In this document: in pieces, positions 11,071 through 20,453 of the stretch | Position numbering within the stretch: the first letter of the stretch is position 1 | Layout of the letters: the number at the start of each line of letters is the position of its first letter | From: an uncultured Hormoscilla sp. | GTDB taxonomy: Bacteria; Cyanobacteriota; Cyanobacteriia; Cyanobacteriales; Desertifilaceae | Assembly (NCBI GenBank): GCA_963921275.4 | Contig: OZ001293.3 | Coordinates: 6,784,001 to 6,848,000 of the forward strand | Direction of reading: 5' to 3' | DNA length: 64,000 bases | Program-made: the position numbers and the translations under genes | Notes under the pieces: generated by a model | Told to the model about the DNA's origin: nothing | What the model saw: the letters and a program-made list of their open reading frames with translations, nothing else | Databases searched by the model: none

Positions 11071-12465
11071 CTACCGAATAATTTCCTGCCCCAACAGATA
11101 TTGAAGCCCCTCAATCGCTCGATAAGCAGAAACTTTGCCCTCGGTGCGAGCCAGAAATTCCGCTGCTACATCGCTCGCTTGTTTGCCACCGACGCATAAC
11201 TCGCACAGCGTCAGCAAGTCTCGAAGAGGTAAATACATCTTCAGTCGCGGCAAAAATTTCGCATTGTCAGGCGATCGCTCGAAATAGAGAATTTTCGACG
11301 GATCGAGGGAGATTTGAAATCGACGCCGCTGCCAAAACTCAGAATTCGCCCAGCGCTTTTCTAAAGTATAATACTGGCGTCGGTCTTCTAAATACAGTTC
11401 AAACTGACGCCGAGTTTGCGATTCGTACTCGACAAGGGCTTCTCCATCCCCGGTGAAATAGCTGGCGATCGCCTCTGCCGCCCGAATGCCCGAGCGCAAT
11501 GCCTTGTAAATACCTGCCGAAGAAAGCGGATCGAAAGTGCAAGCCGCATCCCCAACTGCCAGCCAACCATCCCCCGCCATCATATCTAAATACTGGGAAA
11601 AAGCTGGTTGAATCTGAAGCTCGGACTTCCGCCGAGGTTGTTTTGCTGCAGGCGGTGAAAAAATAGGAATAGCAGTGGCGCCTGCAACCAGTTCGAGAAC
11701 GTGACGGGTTTTCGCCAGATTTGCCTGCCAACTTTCCCAACGAGAGAATTGATGCTCTCGCCACCGTTCGCGATCGCTCATCAAAGTGACAATGGCGCGA
11801 TTGTCGGGCAAGCGAGCCGCATACCACCAACCCAACTCCGCCGCTTCTACCAAGGTGTAACAATCTTTCTTTGCTTTCTCCTCAAACTCAAACACTGCGG
11901 CAATTCCCAACAGGCTATCCATCCGCACGGGATTGGCGCCTTGTTTTGTCGCAAATACGCACCGACGCCCGGTGGCATCGACGACGAAAGAGGTTTTTAA
12001 CTGGAATCGCAAACCATTTCCATCCAGAAGCACTAAACTCCATTTACCGTTGTTAAGGCGATCGCACCCCACCAGCCGCACGCCTCGCCTTAAAATCGCG
12101 CCCCTTTCTGCCGCCGCCTCTGCCAGGGAGGCATCGAACCGAGCTCGGTTCAAATGCCAACCGTTTCCCTCCAGAGAGAAAAAGAAATCCTGATAACCTA
12201 ACTCCGAGCTACCCCATGCCGAGCGGTTGCCCACAGAGGGGAGATGTTCTCCTGGCTCCAGGATATCTAGGACTCCTAATTGCGTCAGAGGCGATCGGAT
12301 ATTCGGCGGAACCGTTTCGCCGATGCGAAAGCGATTCTGGCAAGACTTTTCCAAAATCGCTACTCGCTTGTCTCCTTGCTGTTGGAGGGCGATCGCAGTA
12401 GCAGCCCCAGCAGGGCCGCCACCGATAATCGCCACATCGATCTCCAATGGGAAGCAATTAGCCAT
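11071..12465 (-). CDS. lodB: LodB/GoxB-like FAD-dependent maturase (tryptophan halogenase-like fold)
   Basis: IIGGGPAG, RIGETVPP, VVDATGR and AVGDAACTFDPLSSAG motifs; overlaps the lodA stop. Confidence 0.85.
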   Translation of the reverse strand: MANCFPLEIDVAIIGGGPAGAATAIALQQQGDKRVAILEKSCQNRFRIGETVPPNIRSPLTQLGVLDILEPGEHLPSVGNRSAWGSSELGYQDFFFSLEGNGWHLNRARFDASLAEAAAERGAILRRGVRLVGCDRLNNGKWSLVLLDGNGLRFQLKTSFVVDATGRRCVFATKQGANPVRMDSLLGIAAVFEFEEKAKKDCYTLVEAAELGWWYAARLPDNRAIVTLMSDRERWREHQFSRWESWQANLAKTRHVLELVAGATAIPIFSPPAAKQPRRKSELQIQPAFSQYLDMMAGDGWLAVGDAACTFDPLSSAGIYKALRSGIRAAEAIASYFTGDGEALVEYESQTRRQFELYLEDRRQYYTLEKRWANSEFWQRRRFQISLDPSKILYFERSPDNAKFLPRLKMYLPLRDLLTLCELCVGGKQASDVAAEFLARTEGKVSAYRAIEGLQYLLGQEIIR

Positions 12466-14282
12466 GAGGCAATTCTGACGATCGGGCAACTTCAGCAAAA
12501 TATTGCTTTAGTCCGTCTTTCGGGCCGACATCAAAAACGAATCCCAGTTGATACCATTTTTCCACCATCTCTATATCCTCAGGAAATATCATGTAATCGG
12601 GGCGGTTTTGATCGTAATCCGTTCCCACCCAAGGTACTTGCCGGCCTTTAATCATTTCATCAGTCCTGGCAGGATCTTCCTCCAAATACACGAATAACGG
12701 GCGTTGAGCCGGCCACCACCAAACAATTCGGTCGAGGAGTTGAGCAGAACATTCATTGAAGTCCGCTTGCCAAGGTAAAGCCATAAACTTGGTAACATCC
12801 CCTGGTTCCAGACCCGCGTCCAAGTCCATCCCTAAACTAAGTTCATTTGAAGTCATTGACCTGTGTTTGAGACGGAAAGGTTCCGAGTATATCTTGGGAT
12901 TGCGGCAAATCCAGGTCATTTCAATCCCCGGCGAAAAAGCTCCTCCCACGCAGTTCTCCAGCGATGCAATCGTTAGTTTCTCTGCTGCATCTGGCTCGTT
13001 ATTACTAGAACCATTACTAAATTTGCCCTCTGCCCATTGCTGTAGCAAGAAATACTGAGTATCGGTTAAAGTCAGATATTTAGACGACTTCTGGCTCGAA
13101 CCTGTAGCATCGTCCCCCGCCAAATAGGGCATCATCGGGTAGCCGGTGGTTTTGGACTTCAAAGTGTTTTTCTGATTGGGCGGTCGAATCTGGCTGAAAA
13201 AGTATTGCCGCAAACCGTTGTATTTTGCTTCGGGGTTCCCTAGTAAATTGTAGTCAAAGGTATGGGGTTTAGGCGGCATAGCAGTCACCCAGGGAAACAT
13301 GGAAGCCCGTTCTAGTATCGGTTTAATTTCCTGAGCGAAGTTGGGATGGTAATTATATTGCCAAAAACCATCCTTGTAAATATCTTTCCGATATTTCATG
13401 TTGCGAACTGCGACATCCAGCATCGTGTCGTAAAGCGTCACCAGATTCAGAATCTGGGGAGCATAGGCCGGTGGAGCCACCAATACCCAAGCCGGAGAAT
13501 TTACTTTGACGGAAGATCCGGCGTCATTTAGAAACACTTCTGCTGAAACCGTGCCGTCGGAGGTGTCATCCCACCAACCGTCACTATTTGCATAATCCTG
13601 CATCTCGGGCGGGTCGTTTTTGGAACCGGAGCGACCAAATCCACCAGCAAAAATCAGGTGTCCTTTTACATCCAGGTACATTTCTCCAAGCCGGTCAATG
13701 GTCTTATTATTAATGCTAATGTCGGGAACTTGAGGATATAGCTGTGTCTGCTGCGGCCAGGTTCCTCCGCAATGGCGATCGAAAAGGACCAGTTTTTGCA
13801 CAACCGTCATTTGTGTCTATAGTCTTGCTGCCTGGATCGATGATTAGTCTATGCCTTTCTTCATCACCCTTTACGTCGCTGTTTCGTAAAGGATGGTTGG
13901 GGGCGTATCCATCTTCTCCGTTTTTGGTCTGGAACTGATACCAGCTTGCCTTTTTATTGGCAATCCAAACTGTCCACTTAATCCTAGTAACAGCTTTTCC
14001 ATTGATCTGTGAGTTCAGTTCGACTTCTATGGGATTTGTATCATTTTCGCTTTTGTAGTGGTAAATCCGAAACCGCACGGCTTGTCGGCGCATTTTGCCG
14101 TTGCTATCTCGGAAGTCATTGCGACTGAATTGGCCTGCTTCCTGGATGGGAAGTTTTACTGTTCCATTTTCGGTGGTTAAGGGAGTGGGAAGACCTCCTG
14201 CGGTTTCTGGAGCTAGATAAAACTCCTCACTGTTGCCTACTCGGGCAACGCCGATAGCCGGGAAAATTTTATAAATTCCCAT
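12458..14282 (-). pseudogene. lodA: LodA/GoxA family CTQ-dependent amino acid oxidase with one frameshift
   Basis: IFPAIGVARVGNS, WWDDTSDG, LENCVGGAFSPGIE, MALPWQADFNEC and WWPAQRP motifs; frame change near an A5 run at about 13795. Confidence 0.88.
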
Positions 14283-14460
14283 TGTTGTTTCCTCCTTTTA
14301 TTAGGATTCCGGTCAATTGATTGCTGTTGGGAAAGATAGCTGTTGGGTTATAATGGACTTGTAGTTTAATAACATACCGGGAAAGTTGGGTTTCCTTGCA
14401 CGGAACCCTACCTAGGATTTGTTTTCGCTGGTACTTTATTTTTGAGCAAGTCCCTAATTA

Positions 14461-14945
14461 TCAACTCCGGCGGTCTTTAAGGATATCGACAATGTTTTCA
14501 AGGGCATCCTGAATGCCGTGTAAGACCCTCTCCGTCTCCGTCGATTCCGAAAGTTCCTTGATTTTGATTTCGAGTTCGCCTTCCTTGATGTCGATCTCGG
14601 CCATCGGGGCAGCCATCTGGGGAATAGCATTGTCAATGGCATTCCTAACTGTCTTTAAGGTGGCGATCGTCGATGAATACGAAAGATTTGTTCCAGCCAG
14701 GATTGACTCGATCTTTTCCTTGAGTCCTTGTAAAGCCTCGCTGATATTGCTCGAACCAGTTGCGCTGTACTCATAACTCGGGCCAGCAGTAGGACCGAGA
14801 GTTGCATCGCCGTCTGCCATCGCTGGCGTTTGCATCAACTGAGTGGAGAGGGTGGGAAATACGCTATGCATGAGGGTGACAACTACGGTGAAGTATGAAT
14901 CTTCGTCGTTACTGAATATTGCTTCTAGTGCTTCAACCAAAATAC
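14461..14945 (-). pseudogene. C-terminal fragment of a ferritin-like (VioB-type) domain protein
   Basis: LMQTP...TAGPSYEY resembles the C-terminal signature of this family; no plausible start; abuts a repeat. Confidence 0.5.
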
Positions 14946-15055
14946 TGTCTGGAGAGCGCTATTCGCACTACTCCTCTAGACATTGAGCGCTAGATTACAA
15001 AAGTGATCTGCTGCCTGCACATTACTTGCGACTCACTATAGTTCCCTCATAATTA

Positions 15056-15247
15056 ACCTTTTTCTCAACGACAATCAACCTTTATCCACCTTTTTCACTG
15101 AAAACATCCACCTATTTTTGCCTACCTGCACAAAATGGTAATTTGTCAATCCTCCTCGAATCAACCTATTTTTGCCTACCTGCACAAAATGGCAATTTGT
15201 CTATCCCCCAAAATTAACCTATTTGGGCATCTAAAATCAACCTTTTT
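15056..15247. promoter_or_regulatory. Phased ACCT(A/T)TTT direct-repeat array with a 54-bp tandem duplication; candidate operator region
   Basis: ACCT cores at 15056, 15078, 15088, 15110, 15164, 15217 and 15240. Confidence 0.5.
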
Positions 15248-15352
15248 GGCATGAGATTCGCCGGTTGGGGGCGCGAGCCCTTTCCATCCTCGAAGGAGGC
15301 GAGAAGATCTCAGAACCACAACCACCGGCGATCGCACTTCAGCAGAATCCAC

Positions 15353-15390
15353 AAAAAAAAGCGCTCACACCGAAAGAAGCGTGAGCGCTT
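15353..15390 (-). terminator. Intrinsic terminator of the AAA gene
   Basis: AAGCGCTCAC...GTGAGCGCTT hairpin with a minus-strand T8 tract. Confidence 0.7.
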
Positions 15391-15412
15391 AGTTTCCTTG
15401 TAGAATGCCAGA

Positions 15413-16732
15413 TTACAACTGGTCCCGAAAATACTGCCGATACAACTGGCAGCTAGCCATCACTTGATTGTGCTCCTTGCGGACCAGTCCCAAACAAATG
15501 AGCCCAAATGTCTGTTTTTGCTCTAATACTATCGGGGTTTCTGCTGTCACCACCTGCCGATAAGCCCCCAGAAGATAGGGGAAGTCTTGAAGAACCTGTA
15601 AGAGCGCGTGCAAATGGTCGCTAAAAATTCCCGTATCGGTGGCGGCACTTGCTCGCAACTGGTTCCAGTCCAGCTCGTAACGGGCCGCTTGGTAAAAGAG
15701 CTTGCGCGTTAGATAGGGAAAGCCCCCGACGAAAGACTGTAACTGAGTCAACTCCTGAGATGATAGGGGCAATTGGTGTCGTTGGGCCAAATCCTGTACC
15801 TGCAACGGGGTAAATGGTGGCAATTCTCGAACTAATCCGACATTCAAGGGCGACTTATTGAGTTCTGAATGAATATAAGTATTGGTAGAGTGGCAGGCAA
15901 CGATCCGGAGCTGTTGGCAGACGGGGCAATCTTTGGCCTCTTCGTGCCAGAATTGCAGTAGGGCCAAAAAATCGCGGGCAATGGCTGGATGCGACTCCAA
16001 CAACCGATTCACCTCATCCAGCCCTAAGACTATGGGATGGGAGATTTGCGCTAGGAGATACTTCTGGAAATAGAGATAACAGTTGGTCAAAGTCCCGATA
16101 TCCTCATTCCAATAGGAGCCTAACTCTTCGATATGAGCTTCGAGTCCCAACTGTAGAGTCATGTTGGCGCAGAACCACCGGAAAAACCGAACTGGCGATC
16201 GCAAAACAGTGCTACCGGCGCGATTCAGATTCAAACGGACGGTATGGTAGTGCTGTGTTTCGGCATGGGCCAGTATTCGGGTCAGAAGAGTAGTTTTGCC
16301 GATTTTACCTGGCCCTTTGAGGCTAATTACAGCCCCCGGTTCCAGGATTTCCTCGTACAAGCTCTGCTCCAATACCGGGCGCTCGATATAAAAAGGAGAC
16401 CCTAGGGACACTGGTCCCTCTGGCGATTCTAGCTTTACTGGCCTCACTTTTGTCTTGGAGATGGATTCTCGGCGTTCTTTGAGAATCAAGCCACAGTTGG
16501 CTTTGGTCACTTTTTTCCCAAAGGTCTGTGAAAGCAGGTGCCATAACTGGGGGATGACTTTCTTTTTCAGGTAGTTGGCAGAGTAGCCGCATTCAGAGGC
16601 AATGCGATCGTAGGTTTTTTTTTGGTCTTGGCAACATTCTCGCAAAACGAACTGTTGCATGTCGTTCAGAGATACGCCCATTTGGCGGGATATGGCAGCC
16701 TCGGCAAAGTTTACTAGTTCCTCTGTATTCAT
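15413..16732 (-). CDS. AAA-like (AAA_35/STAND-type) ATPase with an N-terminal HTH-like domain; putative regulator
   Basis: TYDRIASECGYSANYLK HTH-like segment; SPFYIERP, Walker A GPGKIGKT, LGLDEVN, PLNVG. Confidence 0.85.
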   Translation of the reverse strand: MNTEELVNFAEAAISRQMGVSLNDMQQFVLRECCQDQKKTYDRIASECGYSANYLKKKVIPQLWHLLSQTFGKKVTKANCGLILKERRESISKTKVRPVKLESPEGPVSLGSPFYIERPVLEQSLYEEILEPGAVISLKGPGKIGKTTLLTRILAHAETQHYHTVRLNLNRAGSTVLRSPVRFFRWFCANMTLQLGLEAHIEELGSYWNEDIGTLTNCYLYFQKYLLAQISHPIVLGLDEVNRLLESHPAIARDFLALLQFWHEEAKDCPVCQQLRIVACHSTNTYIHSELNKSPLNVGLVRELPPFTPLQVQDLAQRHQLPLSSQELTQLQSFVGGFPYLTRKLFYQAARYELDWNQLRASAATDTGIFSDHLHALLQVLQDFPYLLGAYRQVVTAETPIVLEQKQTFGLICLGLVRKEHNQVMASCQLYRQYFRDQL

Positions 16733-16888
16733 TGCGCGATCGGTCTCTATTCTGTATCATCACTTATAAATTATCCCTGAGATATATGTCAAGTGTCATA
16801 AATAAGTAATCCGCCTGTACTATACTATAAGGAAAGAAATCGGCTGATAATTCCGATTTGGGTTAAGTCGTGCCAATGGGAAGAGGGC

Positions 16889-17146
16889 TTACCACTTCAG
16901 GAATGCTGCCTCCACTCCCCGATCGCGCCTAATTTTCCCATCTTTTTCAAACCAGTCAATCACCTGCTGATGGGTGAGTTCTTCGACCGGGACGCCCGTA
17001 TCGGCAGCGATCTGCTTCAATAGTCTTAGTGATGAAATCGTCAATCTAGTCAAAAACTTCTCAGAACTAGATAGTAAAGCTTTGTCTACATCTGCTGACT
17101 CTTCTGGGGTTAAAAATTGCGCTGATGATTCTGGTCCTGCTTCCAT
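16889..17146 (-). CDS. Conserved hypothetical protein (85 aa), copy 2
   Basis: Paralog of 7895-8152. Confidence 0.8.
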   Translation of the reverse strand: MEAGPESSAQFLTPEESADVDKALLSSSEKFLTRLTISSLRLLKQIAADTGVPVEELTHQQVIDWFEKDGKIRRDRGVEAAFLKW

Positions 17147-17189
17147 GCAATTTATCCTACTGATATATTTACTTTAGCTAGCTTTTAAG

Positions 17190-17555
17190 TCTCATGGCCC
17201 CCCGGGGGTTGCAAACCCACGCTATCCCCCGGGAGCTTGATGTCCCCCCTCCAGGGGACGCGCTAATCGCACTACCCCCAAGACATCATAATCGCACTAC
17301 CCGGGGGATAGCGCCGGCTAATAGCTAAAGTCGGTTACCACTTTCGATCTTGCACCATTCTCGATAAGCCTCATGGCCCGCCGTGGGTTCAAACCCACGG
17401 CTAATAGCTTAAGTGGGTTAAAACCCACTGGAAGCCTTGTCGCTGAAAGGATTTCCCCTCGTTCCCCTCGTTCCCAGGCGGAGCCTAGGAACGAGTTCTA
17501 GAGGCGTCCCCTCTAGTTGACAATGGTGCAAGATATGAGTTAAAACCGACTAAGA
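17190..17555. repeat. Nested cluster of palindromic repeats and a MITE
   Basis: Two CTCATGGCCC..GGTT(G)CAAACCCAC units; ATCTTGCACCATT/AATGGTGCAAGAT inverted ends; GTTCCCAGG palindrome. Confidence 0.7.
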
Positions 17556-17617
17556 GGATAATCCTGAGAATAATTGTAGCATTTTTTTCTAAGATGGTAT
17601 AACTCAATAGCCGTAAT

Positions 17618-18238
17618 TTATTTACTTGTCCCTACCTGCAATACCTGCTTTGCTGTCAAAGGTGACTCTTGACCCAATTCTGACAGTAGAACAGAGGCGA
17701 TCGCATCATCTCCCGCAAACACTGCCTCGCAATATTGTCCCGCCACCAGACTCAATACTGTAATCTGCTTCTGGATCGGGTCAATTATCCAATATTCGGC
17801 AATTTGGAGGGCTTGGTATTGCGATCGCTTGTAGCGATAATCTCGGTCTGCATTTTCCCGTCCGGGACTGACTACCTCCACCATTAACTGCGGCGGCGGC
17901 ATATCGGGCATCACAATTGAACGACTTGCCCCTTCCAATGCTTGCGCTAATTCCTCTGTCAGCACCGTAAAATCTGGGAGTCGCACTGATGAGCGCGTTC
18001 CACTCACCGCCACTTCTATCCCAATCCTCAACCGATAAAACTCAATCCCTAGTTGCAGAAAATAGGCAAACAAAAAAGAAGCAATTCGTTGATTTACGTC
18101 GCTCTCACTTGACATAAACAGTAGTCTCCCATCCTCTAGCTCATAACGAGCATCTGTACCATCATCATAGTTGAGGAAGTCTTCCAAGGACATGATTGAG
18201 GATGTCACCTCGTCCCTTGTAGTCAGTGCATTCGTCAT
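17618..18238 (-). CDS. Uma2 family endonuclease
   Basis: RYELEDG, VEVVSPG, DYRYKRSQY and EYWIIDP motifs. Confidence 0.93.
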   Translation of the reverse strand: MTNALTTRDEVTSSIMSLEDFLNYDDGTDARYELEDGRLLFMSSESDVNQRIASFLFAYFLQLGIEFYRLRIGIEVAVSGTRSSVRLPDFTVLTEELAQALEGASRSIVMPDMPPPQLMVEVVSPGRENADRDYRYKRSQYQALQIAEYWIIDPIQKQITVLSLVAGQYCEAVFAGDDAIASVLLSELGQESPLTAKQVLQVGTSK

Positions 18239-18339
18239 GCTATCATTCCTCCCATAACCTCAGTTTGGCGATCTTTATAAATCCTAGCAATTATCGTGCC
18301 CGCGATCGCAGACATATTTCTGGCATTAGTAGCCGGAGT

Positions 18340-18960
18340 TTATTTACTTGTCCCTACTTGCAATACCTGCATTGCTGTCAAAGGTGATTCTTGACCCAAT
18401 TTTGACAGCAGCGCCGACGCGATCGCATCATCCCCGGCAAACACTGCTTCTTCATAAAGTCCCTCCACCAGAGTCAATACCGTAATCTGCTCCTGTATCG
18501 GGTCAACTATCCAATATTCGGCAATTTGGAGGGCTTGGTATTGCGATCGCTTGTAGCGATAATCTCTATCTGCATTTTCCCGTCCGGGGCTGACTACTTC
18601 CACCACTAACTGCGGCGGCGGCATATCAGGCTTCACCATGGAACGACTTGCCCCTTCCAATGCTTGCACTAATTCCTCTGTCAGCACCATCAAATCTGGG
18701 AGTCGCACTGATGAGCGCGTCCCACTCACCGCCACTTCTGTCTTCACGGTCAACCGAGAAAAGGAAATCCCCAGTCCGATAAAATATACCAACAAAAACA
18801 TTGCAATACGTCGATTTACCTCGCTCTCGCAAGGCATAAACAGCAGTCTCCCATCCTCTAACTCATAAAGAGCATCTGTACCATCATCGTAGTTGAGAAA
18901 TTCCGACAAGGACATGACAGAGGATGTCACATCTTCCCCGATCCTGACTGCATTCGTCAT
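18340..18960 (-). CDS. Uma2 family endonuclease (tandem paralog)
   Basis: Same motifs; shares about 40 bp of upstream sequence with its neighbour. Confidence 0.93.
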   Translation of the reverse strand: MTNAVRIGEDVTSSVMSLSEFLNYDDGTDALYELEDGRLLFMPCESEVNRRIAMFLLVYFIGLGISFSRLTVKTEVAVSGTRSSVRLPDLMVLTEELVQALEGASRSMVKPDMPPPQLVVEVVSPGRENADRDYRYKRSQYQALQIAEYWIVDPIQEQITVLTLVEGLYEEAVFAGDDAIASALLSKLGQESPLTAMQVLQVGTSK

Positions 18961-19341
18961 GCTATCATTCCTCCCATAACCTCAGTTTGGCGATCTTTAT
19001 CAATCATAACCTGCCTCCCGTAGCGCAGCGATCGCCACCAACAATTGCTTGGTAGCGGATATTTCTTGTTCTGCTTCCCTGAAATTTATACTACCGATAC
19101 ATTTACGCCAGCCAAATCCTAACCCGAGTCAGCTTGCTCTTCTGACCGCGCCGAGATCGAATAACCGCACCTATGTTCGCCATCAATAATCCACTGGGTG
19201 CGTTCCACAAGGCAATCTGGCAGCACGGCAGCAAACATCTCCAACTCGTGGCCGCAGACCGTGGGAAAGGAGGAGGCCACGTCGGCAATGGCACAATTAT
19301 GCTCTACCAAGATGAACCGGCTGCTAGGAGCCTTTTCCGAT

Positions 19342-19356
19342 TTTTCCGGAACGGTG
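19342..19356 (-). mobile_element. 15-nt micro-insertion (type A) in sufR
   Basis: CACCGTTCCGGAAAA immediately before ATCGG. Confidence 0.75.
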
Positions 19357-19682
19357 CCATCTGTTTGCACGGGGTGCCACTCGGCCATGTAGCCTTCCGC
19401 TTTTCTCAGTTCGACTAAAGTGGCCACTCGCTCCCGCAATGAACCGGTGCTGAGGCGATCGCGATAGACCTTCGCCTTCCGTTCCCACTGCTTGCGCAGG
19501 ATCGAACTTACCTGGTCTTGTCCTACCGTCTCCGCCAGGGTATCCAGCAGGGACACCGCAAATTCGGCGTGGCTATTGCCGAAGCGATCGCGTCCCTGGC
19601 GACTGAGTTGATAGAGGTACTGGGGGCGTCCCATGGTCTGACCAGTCTCTCCTGGCCACCCCTTCGCTACTTGCTGGTCGAT

Positions 19683-19706
19683 TTTTCGGACCGTCCTCGG
19701 TGCGAT
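19683..19706 (-). mobile_element. 24-nt micro-insertion (type C variant) in sufR
   Basis: ATCGCACCGAGGACGGTCCGAAAA inside a CGATCG target. Confidence 0.75.
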
Positions 19707-19908
19707 CGATCCGGCAGCCTGCAAGTCCTTGAGGTGACGACGGATAGCTTGGGGGCTAATCCCAGATATTGGGCCATTTCCTGAGCCGTTGCTTGACCTT
19801 GCTTGAGCAAATATTGTAGAATGCCTTGTTTGGTGGAGGATTGCTGGGTGGTTGTCATCGTCTTCACAAAACTTTACTTGGCGAACGGCAAAAAAAACTT
19901 GACTTAAA

Positions 19909-19963
19909 CAACACATATGTTACTAAACTATCCTAAGATAGGAGTTAAGCAACAAATAGGTTG
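19909..19963. promoter_or_regulatory. Paired SufR operators
   Basis: CAAC-N6-GTTA at 19909 and CAAC-N6-GTTG at 19950, in the sufR/ftrC-suf divergent intergenic region. Confidence 0.8.
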
Positions 19964-20003
19964 TTTAACCTATTATACCCAGTTTCTTAGATAGGTCACC
20001 TGA

Positions 20004-20363
20004 ATGAACTCAGCAAACGGCACCAAACAAGCAACAGAGAAGAGCCTGGAAGCGATGCGGCACTTCTCGGAGAAATACGCTCAACGAACCAGCACCTACT
20101 TCTGCTCGGATCTCAGCGTCACCGCTGTGGTTGTAGAAGGACTAGCGAAGCACAAGGATGAGTTGGGTGCGCCCCTATGTCCTTGCCGTCACTACGAGGA
20201 CAAACAGGCAGAAGTGGCAGCGGCCTACTGGAATTGCCCCTGCGTGCCCATGCGGGAACGCAAAGAATGCCACTGCATGCTATTCCTGACACCAGACAAC
20301 GACTTTGCTGGCGATATGCAAAAGATTACGGCTGACGAAATTCGATCCCATACCAGTCATTGA
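20004..20363 (+). CDS. ftrC: Ferredoxin-thioredoxin reductase catalytic subunit
   Basis: CPCRHY, WNCPC and ECHCMLF motifs. Confidence 0.97.
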   Translation: MNSANGTKQATEKSLEAMRHFSEKYAQRTSTYFCSDLSVTAVVVEGLAKHKDELGAPLCPCRHYEDKQAEVAAAYWNCPCVPMRERKECHCMLFLTPDNDFAGDMQKITADEIRSHTSH

Positions 20364-20453
20364 GACAGTAGGGGAAATTTAGCCAGTAACTGGCAGCCCC
20401 CGATTGTGCTTTACCCCATTCCCACTCCCTGGCAATATTGAGAGAACACCAAG

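Larger units (their letters stand above)
19119..19858 (-). pseudogene. sufR: Fe-S cluster regulator SufR, frameshifted within the HTH
   Basis: STKQGILQYLLKQGQATAQ in one frame; ISPQAIRRHLKDL...EHNCAI..VCGHEL..HRCGY in another; one G missing near 19762; divergent from suf. Confidence 0.88.

Noticed and set aside
11071..12465. Tryptophan halogenase of a halogenated natural product cluster
   Set aside because: Translational coupling to lodA favours a LodB-type CTQ maturase, and it has GWWYAARL rather than the WxWxIP halogenase motif.
13790..13810. Programmed frameshift in lodA
   Set aside because: Only an A5 run with no evident stimulatory structure; neighbouring genes are also broken, so decay or sequencing error is simpler.
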